A stretch of 64,000 bases of DNA from Clostridia bacterium (GTDB lineage: Bacteria > Bacillota > Clostridia > Saccharofermentanales > UBA5734), in the NCBI GenBank assembly GCA_040772725.1, contig JAXGXR010000002.1:949223-1013222 (forward strand), read 5' to 3'. The translations under genes were made by a program, and so were the position numbers. The notes beneath the pieces are model-generated. The model saw only the letters and a list, made by a program, of their open reading frames with translations, ran no database searches and was not told the DNA's origin. This document shows positions 8,093 to 18,238 of this stretch, piece after piece (position 1 is the first letter of the stretch; every line of letters begins with the position of its first letter).

Positions 8093-10504
8093 TCAGATCG
8101 AGTGTTCCGTACGTTCGATGATGTCATCCTGGGTTTCGGGCGACAGGACGTTGAAGAAAGCGCTGTAGCCGGCGACCCGAACGATCAGGTTGCGGTATTT
8201 CTGCGGTTCCTTCTTGGCGGCCACGAGGGTGTCGCGCGACACGATGTTGTACTGGACATGGTATCCATGCAGGTCATTGAAGAAAGTCCGGATCATGGCC
8301 ATCAATTTGCCGATGCCGGGTTCATTGGACAGGCTTGTGGGGCTGATCTTCTGATTCAGAAGGACACCGCCCGTGATCCGCCCGGTCGGCAGTTTCGCGA
8401 CGGATTTGTAGACCGCGGTCGGACCGTTGACGTCCGTGCCGTGTGACGGGGAGCACCCTTCCGCCAGCGGCTCTCGGGCTTTGCGACCGTCGGGCATCGC
8501 ACCGACTGTGCTGCCCTGCGGCACGTTGGCCGAGATGGACGACGTGCCGGCGTAGTAGCCGCCGCCGATCGGGCCGCGGCCAAATCGAGTGTTCTTGTAC
8601 GACGCGTAGGTGTCGATGAACTCGTTGTAGGCATCAGCCAGCAGATTGTCGACATAATCGATGTCATTGCCGTACTTGGGAGCCCGGTTGATGAGGGTCT
8701 GGCGGATGCGTTCACCCTCCGGACCTTCGAAGTTGCTCATGATGGCGTCCCACACCTGCTGGCGGGTCAGGACCTTGTCCTCGTAAACCAGTTTCTTGAT
8801 CGCGGCGAGCGAGTTGCCGAGATTGGCAATGCCGACCTGAAGTCCGCTGATGAAGTCATAGACCGCGCCGCCTTCCTTGATTGTCAGCCCGCGCTCGATG
8901 CAGTCGTCAGTCAGGGCAGAACACAGGACGTCCGGCACTTCCTTCTCCAACGCGTAGTCGGCAACCGTGTCCATGATGACTGCCTGGCGGGCAAAATACT
9001 TGACGGTCCTGGACCAGGCATCGAAGACTTCGTCAAAGGTTTCCATCTCGACAAAGTGCTTGCCAACGCCAGGATGGATGCGTTTGCCCGATAGCGGCTC
9101 AATGCCGCTGTTCAGCGAGGACATCAGCACCTTGCCGAAATTCAGGAAGCTCATGCCGGTGCAGCGATAGCCCCATTTGCCGGGAACGGCTGTTTCAACA
9201 CAACCGATGGCGCTGTAATTGTAGGCATCCTCCTTCCGGACCCCGAGCTTCATGAAAGAGGGGATGATGATCTCGTCATTGTTGTAGGCCGGCATGCCGA
9301 AGCCGAGCTTCACCACTTCGATCGTCGCCCGTAAGAATGCGTCGGGTGTGCCCTTGTGATAACGGACGGTCAGGTTCGGCTGCGTGAACCGGATCCGGCC
9401 GACACTCTTGAGCACCAGGATGCTCAAAGGATTGGACGCGTCCCGGCCGTCCGGGGTCTGACCGCCGATGGTCACATTCTGGTAAAGCGGTCCGCCGGCT
9501 GAAAAGCGGGTGTGGGCATAACTGCGGATCTTGTTGATCGTATAGGCTTTGATCCAGAGATATTCCAGAAGTTCGGTCGCCTCTTCTTCCGTGATGCGGC
9601 CGGCGGCAATATCCTTTTCATAATAAGGGTACAGATACTGGTCAAGGCGTCCGAAGGAGGTCGAGTGTCCGTTGGACTCGATCTGCAGGATCAGCTGGAT
9701 GAACCAGGTGCTCTGGACCGCCTCATAGAAGTTGGCCGCGGGATTTTCCGGGACTCGGCGGCAGTTGTAGGCGATACGTGACAATTCCTTCTTGCGGTTT
9801 TCGTCAGGTTCTGTTTCCGACATGGAATCGGCCAGGTCGGCGAACCGGTGGGCGAACGCGATGACCGCGTCGCACATGATCAGCACCGATTGGAGAAAGA
9901 ACTGCTTCTTGAAGTCGTCGAACTGGGCGATGTCAAGGCGGGCCAGACGCTCCTCGGCTTGCTTTCTGACACCGGCGATGCCCTCGCGGAGCACTTTGCC
10001 GAAATCGACGGCGATATGCCCGTCACCGGAGGTGATGTTCCCTTCGGCCTTGATCATGCCGATATCATACAAGAACCGGCCTTCGGGCGTCATGGTCGAA
10101 AGCGCCTTGTCCTTCAGGGTCTTGCCCTTCCACCAGTCACAGATTTCGAGCAGCTCGGGTTTCTTGTCCTCGTCGATATAGAACCGGTCACCCGGCCGTT
10201 TGTCGAATTCGTCGATTTCGTTGACAATCCAGTCGACCGCGTACTCCGGGAAAATCGGGGCCGCCCGGTGGTTGGACGCCTGGTTTCCGACGATCAGTTC
10301 AGACGGGTCGATGAAGATCGGCATTTGCTCAAGGATGGCTTTCATGGCGAGTGCGCGCTTGATGACGACCTGTTTGTCCTCGTTCTGCTTGTAAACTTCA
10401 GTAATGATCCGGGCCCGATCGATGCAGACTGTAGACTTCGTGTCCAGGACCCGATTGCGCATGTCCTGGACTTGTGCGCTTGACTGGCCAAAAAAATCAG
10501 ACAT
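8093..10504 (-). CDS. glycyl radical enzyme, PFL2/glycerol-dehydratase family (GRE1, substrate unknown)
   Basis: 803 aa. C-terminal glycyl motif RVAGYSAFF, Cys loop AIGCVETAVPGK, and SGDGH and ESNGHS motifs resembling B12-independent diol dehydratases. AAGGAGG RBS. No adjacent activase. Confidence 0.9.
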   Translation of the reverse strand: MSDFFGQSSAQVQDMRNRVLDTKSTVCIDRARIITEVYKQNEDKQVVIKRALAMKAILEQMPIFIDPSELIVGNQASNHRAAPIFPEYAVDWIVNEIDEFDKRPGDRFYIDEDKKPELLEICDWWKGKTLKDKALSTMTPEGRFLYDIGMIKAEGNITSGDGHIAVDFGKVLREGIAGVRKQAEERLARLDIAQFDDFKKQFFLQSVLIMCDAVIAFAHRFADLADSMSETEPDENRKKELSRIAYNCRRVPENPAANFYEAVQSTWFIQLILQIESNGHSTSFGRLDQYLYPYYEKDIAAGRITEEEATELLEYLWIKAYTINKIRSYAHTRFSAGGPLYQNVTIGGQTPDGRDASNPLSILVLKSVGRIRFTQPNLTVRYHKGTPDAFLRATIEVVKLGFGMPAYNNDEIIIPSFMKLGVRKEDAYNYSAIGCVETAVPGKWGYRCTGMSFLNFGKVLMSSLNSGIEPLSGKRIHPGVGKHFVEMETFDEVFDAWSRTVKYFARQAVIMDTVADYALEKEVPDVLCSALTDDCIERGLTIKEGGAVYDFISGLQVGIANLGNSLAAIKKLVYEDKVLTRQQVWDAIMSNFEGPEGERIRQTLINRAPKYGNDIDYVDNLLADAYNEFIDTYASYKNTRFGRGPIGGGYYAGTSSISANVPQGSTVGAMPDGRKAREPLAEGCSPSHGTDVNGPTAVYKSVAKLPTGRITGGVLLNQKISPTSLSNEPGIGKLMAMIRTFFNDLHGYHVQYNIVSRDTLVAAKKEPQKYRNLIVRVAGYSAFFNVLSPETQDDIIERTEHSI

Positions 10505-10583
10505 AAAGACCTCCTTGATCCAAAAAGGTATATAATGTTCTTGTAAACAGTTTCATCTTCCAATGCTGCAATGACTCAAATCC

Positions 10584-10612
10584 ATCATATTTTATGAGGC
10601 AGGTTTCGTCAA
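10584..10612 (-). promoter_or_regulatory. putative sigma-70-type promoter for the GRE1 operon
   Basis: On the minus strand: TTGACG, 17 nt spacer, TATGAT. Located in an AT-rich divergent intergenic region about 80 nt upstream of the GRE1 ATG. Confidence 0.4.
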
Positions 10613-10811
10613 GTCTGAATTTTCGAATGAAAGCAAAACGAATGATAAATGAAATATCCTTAAAACCATCTGTTTTTCGACTTATTGAACTAAATATCTT
10701 AATCAGCCGCGTTATTGATCCTTGATGAAGGCATAATGTACAAAATTAAAAGCGCATAATTGTTCAAATAATCTTATTTTGTTTTTTGATCGTCAATCTA
10801 AAGATTTTCTA

Positions 10812-10838
10812 TTGAAAGCCAACATACTTTCGTATAAT
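10812..10838 (+). promoter_or_regulatory. putative promoter for the sugar ABC operon
   Basis: TTGAAA ... TATAAT, but the spacer is only 15 nt. About 100 nt upstream of the SBP start. Confidence 0.3.
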
Positions 10839-10942
10839 ATGCAAATTGTAACAACCGATACGATTCTGAAAGGGGCGAGGAAACAACCGTTTCGACAACT
10901 TCATTTCTGAACTCGACTACAATGCGAAAGAAAAAGGAGAAA

Positions 10943-11941
10943 ATGAACATGAATCTGAAAAAAGTCATCACACTCCTGTTGGCCTTGGCCATGATCATCA
11001 GCCTCGCGGCCTGTGGTTCGACCGCGACCACCACCGCAGCGACCACCGCCGCGACCACTGGCGGCACCACGGCAGCCGGCCTGGTGAAGGCCGCCTTCAT
11101 CGTCGCCGACATGGCGAACGAGTCCCAGGCTTTCTCTTCCAGAGAATTCCAGAAATATGGTGCGGAATACGGCTTCGATGTCACGATCCTTGACGCCAAG
11201 GCTGACACGCAGACCGAGTCCAAACTGGTCACCAACTGCATCGCGCAGGGAATGAAGGTCATCTGGCTCAACCCGAATGACATCAAGGCCATCGTCCCCA
11301 GCCTGATGGAGGCAAAGAAAGCCGGCATCACCATCGGCATGTTCTCATCCGACCTCGGCACTGCCGATCAGCAGTACCGCGACTTCTTCTGCGGGGTCAA
11401 TGACCTGCAGGCCGGCGAAGCGGCTGCCAAAGCCTTCATGGACAAGTTCCCGAACGGCGCCAACATCGTCGAAATCGGCGGCCAGTCCGGCCATGATGCG
11501 CAGATCAAGCGCCATGACGGCTTCAACAAGGTCATCGCCAACACCAACATCAAGGTCATCGACTACCAGGCCCCGACTGCCTGGTCGACCGAGCAGGCCC
11601 AGAAGATAGCCGAAGACATGATCGTCCGCCACGGTGACAAGATCGAAGGCATCTTCTGCCACTGGGACAACGGCGCCACCGGCATCATCCAGGCCCTGAA
11701 GACCGCCAACAAGAGCGGTGTCTTCCTGGTCGGCGTTGATGGCAACAAGGCCGGGTTCGCCCAGGTCAAGGAGGGCACCCAGTCCGTAACCATCTCCCAG
11801 AACTTCACCAACATGACCAAGAAGTCGCTCGAACTGGCCAGGGACAAAATCGCCGGCAAGACAGTCGAGCAGATCAACTTCATCCCGCTCGATGTCATTT
11901 CCCAGGCCAACATCAGCCAGTTCCCGACACCGGAGTGGTGA
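10943..11941 (+). CDS. sugar ABC transporter substrate-binding lipoprotein (ribose/PBP1 type)
   Basis: Signal peptide plus lipobox (IISLAAC), followed by a Thr/Ala-rich linker and a periplasmic-binding-protein type I fold pattern. AAGGAG RBS before ATG 10943. Confidence 0.85.
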   Translation: MNMNLKKVITLLLALAMIISLAACGSTATTTAATTAATTGGTTAAGLVKAAFIVADMANESQAFSSREFQKYGAEYGFDVTILDAKADTQTESKLVTNCIAQGMKVIWLNPNDIKAIVPSLMEAKKAGITIGMFSSDLGTADQQYRDFFCGVNDLQAGEAAAKAFMDKFPNGANIVEIGGQSGHDAQIKRHDGFNKVIANTNIKVIDYQAPTAWSTEQAQKIAEDMIVRHGDKIEGIFCHWDNGATGIIQALKTANKSGVFLVGVDGNKAGFAQVKEGTQSVTISQNFTNMTKKSLELARDKIAGKTVEQINFIPLDVISQANISQFPTPEW

Positions 11942-11966
11942 TTTGCGTCAAACGGTAGACTGCCAA

Positions 11967-12012
11967 GGCAAAGCTCGTTCTGGACGCATTCAGCTCCAGA
12001 ACGGGCTTTGCC
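11967..12012 (+). other. intercistronic stem-loop between the SBP and ATPase genes
   Basis: GGCAAAGC-t-CGTTCTGGA / TCCAGAACG-g-GCTTTGCC gives 17 paired bases with a 10-nt loop and no U-tract. Confidence 0.5.
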
Positions 12013-12042
12013 GATGCATCCAGTGCAAAAGGGGCTAGAGAT

Positions 12043-13563
12043 ATGGCAAACGCAGCATCAGAGTATATCCTTTCGGTCAAGGATGTCAGCAAGACGTTCC
12101 CTGGCGTCAAAGCCCTTGACCAAGTGACGTTTTCCGTCAGGCGAGGAACGGTCCACGGCCTTGTCGGTGAAAACGGCGCAGGCAAATCGACCCTGATGAA
12201 GATCCTGTCAGGCGTCTATGTGAAAGATACAGGCACCGTCATTTTCGACAATGAGGAAGTGGTCAGCACCACACCGATCAAATCCATGCACAGCGGCCTC
12301 AGCATCATTTATCAGGAACTCAACCTGGTCAACACCCTGAGCGTCGGAGAAAACATCTTCCTTGGCCGTTTTGGCGAAATGAAAGGCATGAGCGGCATCC
12401 ACGCGAAAGCGAAGGAACTGCTGGACAGCATCGGCTGCCGTTTTGACTCGCACACCATGGTCGACGACCTGAGCGTGTCTGAAAAGCAGATGGTGGAAAT
12501 CGCCAAGGCCCTTTCTTACAAGTCGAAGCTGATCATCATGGACGAGCCCAGCTCGAGCCTGACAGCTGACGAAATGAAGGAACTCTACAAGATCATCCAT
12601 CAACTGAAGGACCAGGGCATTTCGATCATATTCATCAGCCACAAGCTGGATGAGATCTTCGAGCTTTGTGACGTGGTGACCATCCTGCGCGACGGTCGCG
12701 TCATCGACACCAAGCCAGCCGTGGACCTGACCCGCCAGGAGATGATCGCCAAGATGGTGGGCCGTACAATCGAGAACGAATATCCCGAAAGACCCTGCTG
12801 TATCGGCGAGGTGCTTCTGGAAGTCAAGGATATCAACACCCGAAAGCTCAAGAATGTTTCCTTCAATGTCCGGAAGGGAGAGATCCTCGGCCTGGTTGGC
12901 CTGGTCGGTGCGGGCCGCACGGAGATTGTCAGGGCCCTGTTTGGCGCGGACAAGGCGCATGGCCACGAGGTCCTGGTGGATGGCGTACCGGTTCGGATCA
13001 AAAAGCCGAGCCAGGCGATCAAGGCCGGGTTCGGTTTTGTCCCTGAGGATCGGAAACAGCAAGGGCTGGTCCTGCCGTTTTCTGTCGAATCGAACATCGC
13101 CATGGCCAGCCTGGACAAGATCACAGTCCGTGGGATCCTGCGCAAGTCCATCGAGAAACAGATCGCCGAAAAGCATGTCAAGTCCCTGGGCGTGAAAACC
13201 CCGTCCATCAAGACCAAGGTTGTCAGCCTGTCGGGCGGCAACCAGCAGAAATGCATCATTGGCCGCTGGCTGGAGATCGAACCGAAAATCTTCATCATGG
13301 ACGAGCCAACCCGCGGTATCGATGTCGGCGCCAAATACGAAATCTATGTCCTGATGAAAGAGATTGCCGAACGCGGTGGCGCTGTCATCCTGATTTCGTC
13401 CGAGCTCCCCGAGGTTCTCAACATGAGCAACCGGGTCCTGACCATCTTTGAAGGCAGGATCACTGGTGAATTCGATCCCCAGGCATTCACGCCCGACCAG
13501 ATCATGGCGAGCGCGCTCGGGATGGGCAGTATGGAGGTGGCGCAGCATGCAGGTCAACACTGA
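12043..13563 (+). CDS. sugar ABC transporter ATP-binding protein (duplicated NBD, RbsA/MglA type)
   Basis: 506 aa. Walker A GENGAGKST, signature LSVSEKQ, and a second NBD with GLVGAGRTE and LSGGNQQK. Confidence 0.9.
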   Translation: MANAASEYILSVKDVSKTFPGVKALDQVTFSVRRGTVHGLVGENGAGKSTLMKILSGVYVKDTGTVIFDNEEVVSTTPIKSMHSGLSIIYQELNLVNTLSVGENIFLGRFGEMKGMSGIHAKAKELLDSIGCRFDSHTMVDDLSVSEKQMVEIAKALSYKSKLIIMDEPSSSLTADEMKELYKIIHQLKDQGISIIFISHKLDEIFELCDVVTILRDGRVIDTKPAVDLTRQEMIAKMVGRTIENEYPERPCCIGEVLLEVKDINTRKLKNVSFNVRKGEILGLVGLVGAGRTEIVRALFGADKAHGHEVLVDGVPVRIKKPSQAIKAGFGFVPEDRKQQGLVLPFSVESNIAMASLDKITVRGILRKSIEKQIAEKHVKSLGVKTPSIKTKVVSLSGGNQQKCIIGRWLEIEPKIFIMDEPTRGIDVGAKYEIYVLMKEIAERGGAVILISSELPEVLNMSNRVLTIFEGRITGEFDPQAFTPDQIMASALGMGSMEVAQHAGQH

Positions 13564-14542
13564 TATCCGGCAAGGCAAAAATCCGGTCATGGCGCGGTTC
13601 GGCACGTATGTCAAGGACAACCTTGTCCTCGTGGGCATCATCGTGCTGGTCCTCGTCACGATCATCGTCCAGCCAAACTTCCTGTCCCCGCTGAACATGA
13701 CCAATATCCTGCGCCAGTTCGGCCCCCTGAGCCTGGTGTCACTCGGCATGACTTTCGTCATCCTAGGCGGCTTCATCGATCTTTCCGTCGCGGGCACCTT
13801 CTCGCTGGTGGCGGTCGTCACCATATCATTGATCGATCCGATCGGACAGGTGCCGGCCCTGATCGTCGGCCTGATCATCGGCGCGGCCTGCGGGTATATC
13901 AACAGCCTCCTGTGCCTGACCTCGGGAGCCCTGACACAGGCTGAGGCCCTGTTCATCACTTTCGGCATGCAGCTCGTGTACAGCGCGGTGGCCCTGATCT
14001 ATTGCGGCGGCGCCACCCAGCACATGCGCAATGTCGAAGGTAACAAATCCGTTTTTGAAGCCATTGGATCCGGCATGGTCGGCTTTCTGACGATCACGTT
14101 CATCATTTTCCTGGTCTGTCTCGCGATCCTGTATTTTTTCCAGTCGAAAACCTACATGGGCCGGACGATCAGCCTGACCGGCGGCAACAAGACCGCGGCC
14201 AGGCTTACGGGACTGCCTGTCGAACGCTCGATCATGATCATCTACACCCTGTCAGGACTGATGGCCGGCCTTGGCGGCATCACCCTCTTTTCCCGTGTAA
14301 CCACCGCCTCGCCGGTTCTGGGCGCCGGGTATGAGACAAATGCGATCCTGTCCGTCGTTGTCGGCGGCACGTCCTTGAAAGGTGGCAAAGGCAGTGTCCT
14401 CCGAACCGTTCTCGGCACCCTGCTCATCATCCTCATGTCCAACTGCCTGAATCTGCTGGGTGTCTCACCCTTCATGCAGAACATGGTCAAAGGCTTGATC
14501 CTGGTTGTCGCCATCTGGCTGGACAACCGGAAGCCGCTGTAG
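13547..14542 (+). CDS. sugar ABC transporter permease (RbsC/AraH type)
   Basis: Multi-TM protein. Start placed at ATG 13547 behind GGAGGTGG, overlapping the ATPase gene end. Confidence 0.85.
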   Translation: MQVNTDIRQGKNPVMARFGTYVKDNLVLVGIIVLVLVTIIVQPNFLSPLNMTNILRQFGPLSLVSLGMTFVILGGFIDLSVAGTFSLVAVVTISLIDPIGQVPALIVGLIIGAACGYINSLLCLTSGALTQAEALFITFGMQLVYSAVALIYCGGATQHMRNVEGNKSVFEAIGSGMVGFLTITFIIFLVCLAILYFFQSKTYMGRTISLTGGNKTAARLTGLPVERSIMIIYTLSGLMAGLGGITLFSRVTTASPVLGAGYETNAILSVVVGGTSLKGGKGSVLRTVLGTLLIILMSNCLNLLGVSPFMQNMVKGLILVVAIWLDNRKPL

Positions 14543-14548
14543 GAGGGG

Positions 14549-15520
14549 ATGAGCATGGAAATCAAATCAATGGCCAAGACAGTCGGGAAACTTGCCGTCA
14601 AGCAGAAGGCCACGGTGGCCATCCTCGCCATGCTGGTGCTGATGCTGTTTTTCCCCACCAATTTCTACACAGCCTATAACCTGATCGACCTGCTGAATTC
14701 GTCCGCGATCCTGATCATTCTCGCGGCCGGTGTCAGCATCACGGTCATCGCCGGTGGCTGTGACCTGTCAATCGGCGGTGTCATGGTGACTTCCGGCATC
14801 ATCGCCATCCAGCTGATGCCGAAACTGGGCATGTTCCTGGCGATTCTGATCGCGCTGCTGAGCGGTGTCGTCATCGGATTCGTCAATGGTTTCCTCGTGG
14901 TCCAGCAGAAAACAGAGCCCTTCATCATCACGCTCGGCATGGGCATGCTGCTTAGCGGCTTTGCCCAGCAGCTGACGAACGGGCGGGCTGTCCAAGGCGA
15001 GGTCCCGGCGTACATGCAACTGGCCAACGGACGAATTCTCGGGCAGATCACCAACCTGGTCATCTTCATGATCGTTGTCATTGCCGCCATGCATTACGTG
15101 ATGCGCTACACCACATTCGGTCGCAACTGCTATGCCATCGGTGGTGACTATGAAGTTGCCCGATATTCCGGTATCTCGGTCATTTTCACCAAATGGGCGA
15201 CCTTCCTGATCAGTGGATTCATCGCGGCTTTGGCAGGCGTTCTTCTGTCATCCAAGCTCAATTCGGGATCGTACCTCTACGGTGAGAACATCGCCCTGAT
15301 CGTCAACTGCGGCTGTGTCGTCGGCGGTGTTTCTTTCGCAGGCGGTGTCGGCAGCATTCCGCAGGCTGCGCTGGGCCTCCTGGTGTTCGGCGTCCTGGAG
15401 AATGCCATGAACATGCTGGGCATCAGCTCCTACATCCAGATCCTCCTGAGAGGCATTGTCATCGTCGCGATCATCTGGCTCGACTGCTTTGGCCGGAAAC
15501 GCAAGCGTGAGCTCGTTTAA
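14549..15520 (+). CDS. sugar ABC transporter permease (second RbsC-type subunit)
   Basis: 323 aa, multi-TM, paralogous to the preceding permease. AGGAGGGG RBS. Confidence 0.85.
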   Translation: MSMEIKSMAKTVGKLAVKQKATVAILAMLVLMLFFPTNFYTAYNLIDLLNSSAILIILAAGVSITVIAGGCDLSIGGVMVTSGIIAIQLMPKLGMFLAILIALLSGVVIGFVNGFLVVQQKTEPFIITLGMGMLLSGFAQQLTNGRAVQGEVPAYMQLANGRILGQITNLVIFMIVVIAAMHYVMRYTTFGRNCYAIGGDYEVARYSGISVIFTKWATFLISGFIAALAGVLLSSKLNSGSYLYGENIALIVNCGCVVGGVSFAGGVGSIPQAALGLLVFGVLENAMNMLGISSYIQILLRGIVIVAIIWLDCFGRKRKRELV

Positions 15521-15541
15521 GTCAAAGACAACGGACATTCG

Positions 15542-15576
15542 AAAAAGGCGGCCTTGCGAAAGGCCGCCTTTTATTA
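15542..15576. terminator. bidirectional rho-independent terminator
   Basis: AAAAGGCGGCCTT-gcga-AAGGCCGCCTTTT perfect hairpin flanked by an A-run and a T-run. Lies between the convergent permease and AraC genes. Confidence 0.8.
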
Positions 15577-15606
15577 TTGACTCAGTGTCAAGCCGGCACG
15601 CAGGCT

Positions 15607-16419
15607 TCAGGACGTTTCCGGTTTGTTGGTGAAGGTGACCCGATAGGCCGCTGGCGACAGGGAAGTCATCCGCTTGAAGAGCTTGGCGAAATGCTTGGAA
15701 TCCTCCAGACCGACAAAACTGGAAATGGCGCTGATCTTGCTGTCTGTCTGGACCAGCATTTCCCGTGCGACTTCCATGCGGTACCGGTTCAGATACAGGA
15801 TCGGCGTCGTGCCGAAACGTCGCTTGAACATGCGGTTCAAATAGGAAGGGCTGACGAACATCTCCTGTGAAAGCCGGCCCATGTCGATCGGCTCGGAAAA
15901 ATGCTCCTGGATGAACTGCATGCATTTTTCCGCGATGTTCGCTTTTGGCGCCTGGTATTCATGGGAGATTTTCTGCATCTGGCTGATCAGGAGGTTGATC
16001 AGGTCATTGAGCAACTGCTGCTGATATGGCCCTTCGTGATGGAATTCATGATGGATCTGGCGCATCAGCCAGCGGAGAATCCCCTGTTCATCCTTGAGTT
16101 TGAACAGCCGGTCGAATGGCAACGCGGCCTCGCACGACAAATGCAGGCAGATGACCGCCTGATGGTAACGGGTGTCAAGGTATTCCTGATGCGCCACGTG
16201 AGCCGGATAAACCACCAGTTCAAAGAGCGACAAGGCCATGGTGCGATCCTTGTCCTTGATGTCCGCCTTCCCTTCCAGGAAATAGATCAGCTCGATCAGC
16301 GAATGTTCGTGCCGATTGTAATTCCAGATTCTGCTCTTTTCGTCAAACTGCTCACAGAAGGTGGCCCGGCAGTTGCCGGCATGGAGAGATGCCAGATATG
16401 CGTCAGGCATCTTTGACAT
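15607..16419 (-). CDS. AraC-family transcriptional regulator
   Basis: 270 aa. N-terminal cupin-like sensor and C-terminal double HTH (ISSFVGLEDSKHFAKLFKR). Its start overlaps the upstream gene by 17 nt. Confidence 0.85.
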   Translation of the reverse strand: MSKMPDAYLASLHAGNCRATFCEQFDEKSRIWNYNRHEHSLIELIYFLEGKADIKDKDRTMALSLFELVVYPAHVAHQEYLDTRYHQAVICLHLSCEAALPFDRLFKLKDEQGILRWLMRQIHHEFHHEGPYQQQLLNDLINLLISQMQKISHEYQAPKANIAEKCMQFIQEHFSEPIDMGRLSQEMFVSPSYLNRMFKRRFGTTPILYLNRYRMEVAREMLVQTDSKISAISSFVGLEDSKHFAKLFKRMTSLSPAAYRVTFTNKPETS

Positions 16420-18238
16420 TCCCGAAGTAGATCGCGCCGATCGCCTGGGCGAACTGGGCGACGGTGTAGTCCCTATCGGCCTCCAGCTGTTTCATCAGAC
16501 GAGTATTGGCGATTGACCCGTCGGCGACTTCAAAGACAAGGTCTGGCACGATCGAGCGTGCCCCCTGCTGCATGAGTTCGAAGCAACGCGGATTCTTGAC
16601 CAGACGCCCGAACAGGACCCTCGATTTTGCCTTCGGTTCCAGGATCATCTCCGTCTGCGCGAACGTGACTGCCAGGTATTGCCCGATGTCGATGAAAATC
16701 TGGTCACAGAGTGGATCGTTTTCCCGATCCACCAGGTCCATCAGATACTGCAGAAATGGTTTGCGCTGGTCGATGGGCTCGGTCGGGACCACTCGCTCGA
16801 CCATGCCATCGTGTTCACGAGTGACGATGAAGCCCTTGTCGACCATTTCCCGGTACAAATCAGGCCGCCCCTGCTCGAAATAGCGGATCGCGAGACGGAA
16901 CGCACCGCTCTGGCTGGCGTATTTCTGCAAGGTGCCGGCCAGTCCGGTGTTGAAATTGTTGATACTACGGAGATCGTCACAATGGAACTGTCGCGCGCGA
17001 AAGCTGCCTAGATCGATCACAAAGTTGTACACTTCGAGCGGAATGTCCGGAATCGATCCTGTTTCATCGATCCAGCCGGTTCCCAGTTCCGTGCCGAGCG
17101 TGTGGGCGAACACGCCATCGGCCAACCGGTCGGCCTGATCGGAAAATGCCTGTTCCACGGCTGCAGTGAAGGAGGCCATCGGACCGTCGTTGGTCATACG
17201 GACCTTGCCGTCCGTCTTGCAGAACATCTTCAAGTGGCTGTCCAGATCAGTCAGTTTGGCAAACTCGACTTCATAGTCAATGTCCGGGTTCTCCCGCATG
17301 CCCCGCGTCTTGTACACTTCGCCACCTACGATCTTGTTCTCGACAACGACATCGGGGAAACACAGGCCGATCGCGTCGAAAGCCAGCAGGCGATCGCCGA
17401 GCCTTGATTCGGCATCCAGGATGATTTCTTTCATCCGATCGAGCGGGCACGCTCGTTCCATGGCCTCGTCGAGGACCGGGTCAAGGGACGCTCGCAAGGC
17501 CTGGTCATGAAGATCGAGCTGGGTCAGACGGGCCCGGACGAGCCGAACCAGCAGCAGGATGGGGTCGATCATCTCATGCGCTTCACGGAACTGGGCGGGA
17601 AACCAGTCGTATTCCTTGAAACAGCGGATGTCACGATTGACGCTGGCCGCCACCTTGATGTCCGTTCCGCCGACATCAATGCCAAGAAGAACTTTCCCAT
17701 CAAGGTCGGAGGCTGCGGCGACAAACTTCTGCAAAGCGTTCCCGCTGACTTCATTTCGCGTGGAAGGTGCTTGAAATGCCATTGTCTCCGGCCGTCCCGC
17801 CAGGAAACGGAACCGGTTTCCTCCGTCGGGTCCATGATCGAGATGCTCGAGCATCCGGTCAATGACATTGATGCATTTGCCATAGCCGCTCCGTTTCGCA
17901 CGTGGCTGGTGAATGCAAAACAGTCGGTCCAGCTCGTCAATCAATCCGGAAAGCCAGGGCAGTCGGTCGTCCAGGTCAAGGAATAGCCGGCGCCCACCGA
18001 GGCTGGAAAGGATATTGTAAATGATCGCGCTCACATACGACCGGACAAACAGGACATGCTCCTCTTCAAGGTCCGGATCGCCAGGCAAGGCCAGGTCGAA
18101 CCGCTTGTAACTCCCGTCCAGCCGTTCCAGCGTGAGTGTCAGCATGCTTTGGGGTGACAGACGCGAAAACGCGGCGGCCACATCATGGATGAACACGGGT
18201 TCGTCGGATCTGGCCTTTGCCAGCAAAGAATCGATCAT
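16403..18238 (-). CDS. ASKHA/ROK-like ATPase domain protein with an uncharacterised ~200-aa N-terminal domain
   Basis: LLGIDVGGTDIKVA phosphate-1 motif and GTELGTG phosphate-2-like motif, but no ROK zinc Cys cluster. Start moved to ATG 18238 behind AGGAGG. Confidence 0.6.
   Translation of the reverse strand: MIDSLLAKARSDEPVFIHDVAAAFSRLSPQSMLTLTLERLDGSYKRFDLALPGDPDLEEEHVLFVRSYVSAIIYNILSSLGGRRLFLDLDDRLPWLSGLIDELDRLFCIHQPRAKRSGYGKCINVIDRMLEHLDHGPDGGNRFRFLAGRPETMAFQAPSTRNEVSGNALQKFVAAASDLDGKVLLGIDVGGTDIKVAASVNRDIRCFKEYDWFPAQFREAHEMIDPILLLVRLVRARLTQLDLHDQALRASLDPVLDEAMERACPLDRMKEIILDAESRLGDRLLAFDAIGLCFPDVVVENKIVGGEVYKTRGMRENPDIDYEVEFAKLTDLDSHLKMFCKTDGKVRMTNDGPMASFTAAVEQAFSDQADRLADGVFAHTLGTELGTGWIDETGSIPDIPLEVYNFVIDLGSFRARQFHCDDLRSINNFNTGLAGTLQKYASQSGAFRLAIRYFEQGRPDLYREMVDKGFIVTREHDGMVERVVPTEPIDQRKPFLQYLMDLVDRENDPLCDQIFIDIGQYLAVTFAQTEMILEPKAKSRVLFGRLVKNPRCFELMQQGARSIVPDLVFEVADGSIANTRLMKQLEADRDYTVAQFAQAIGAIYFGNVKDA

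Noticed and set aside
12208-13968. 586-aa minus-strand ORF
   Set aside because: It is antisense to the ABC ATPase and permease genes, which have unambiguous Walker and signature motifs. It has no motif or RBS of its own.
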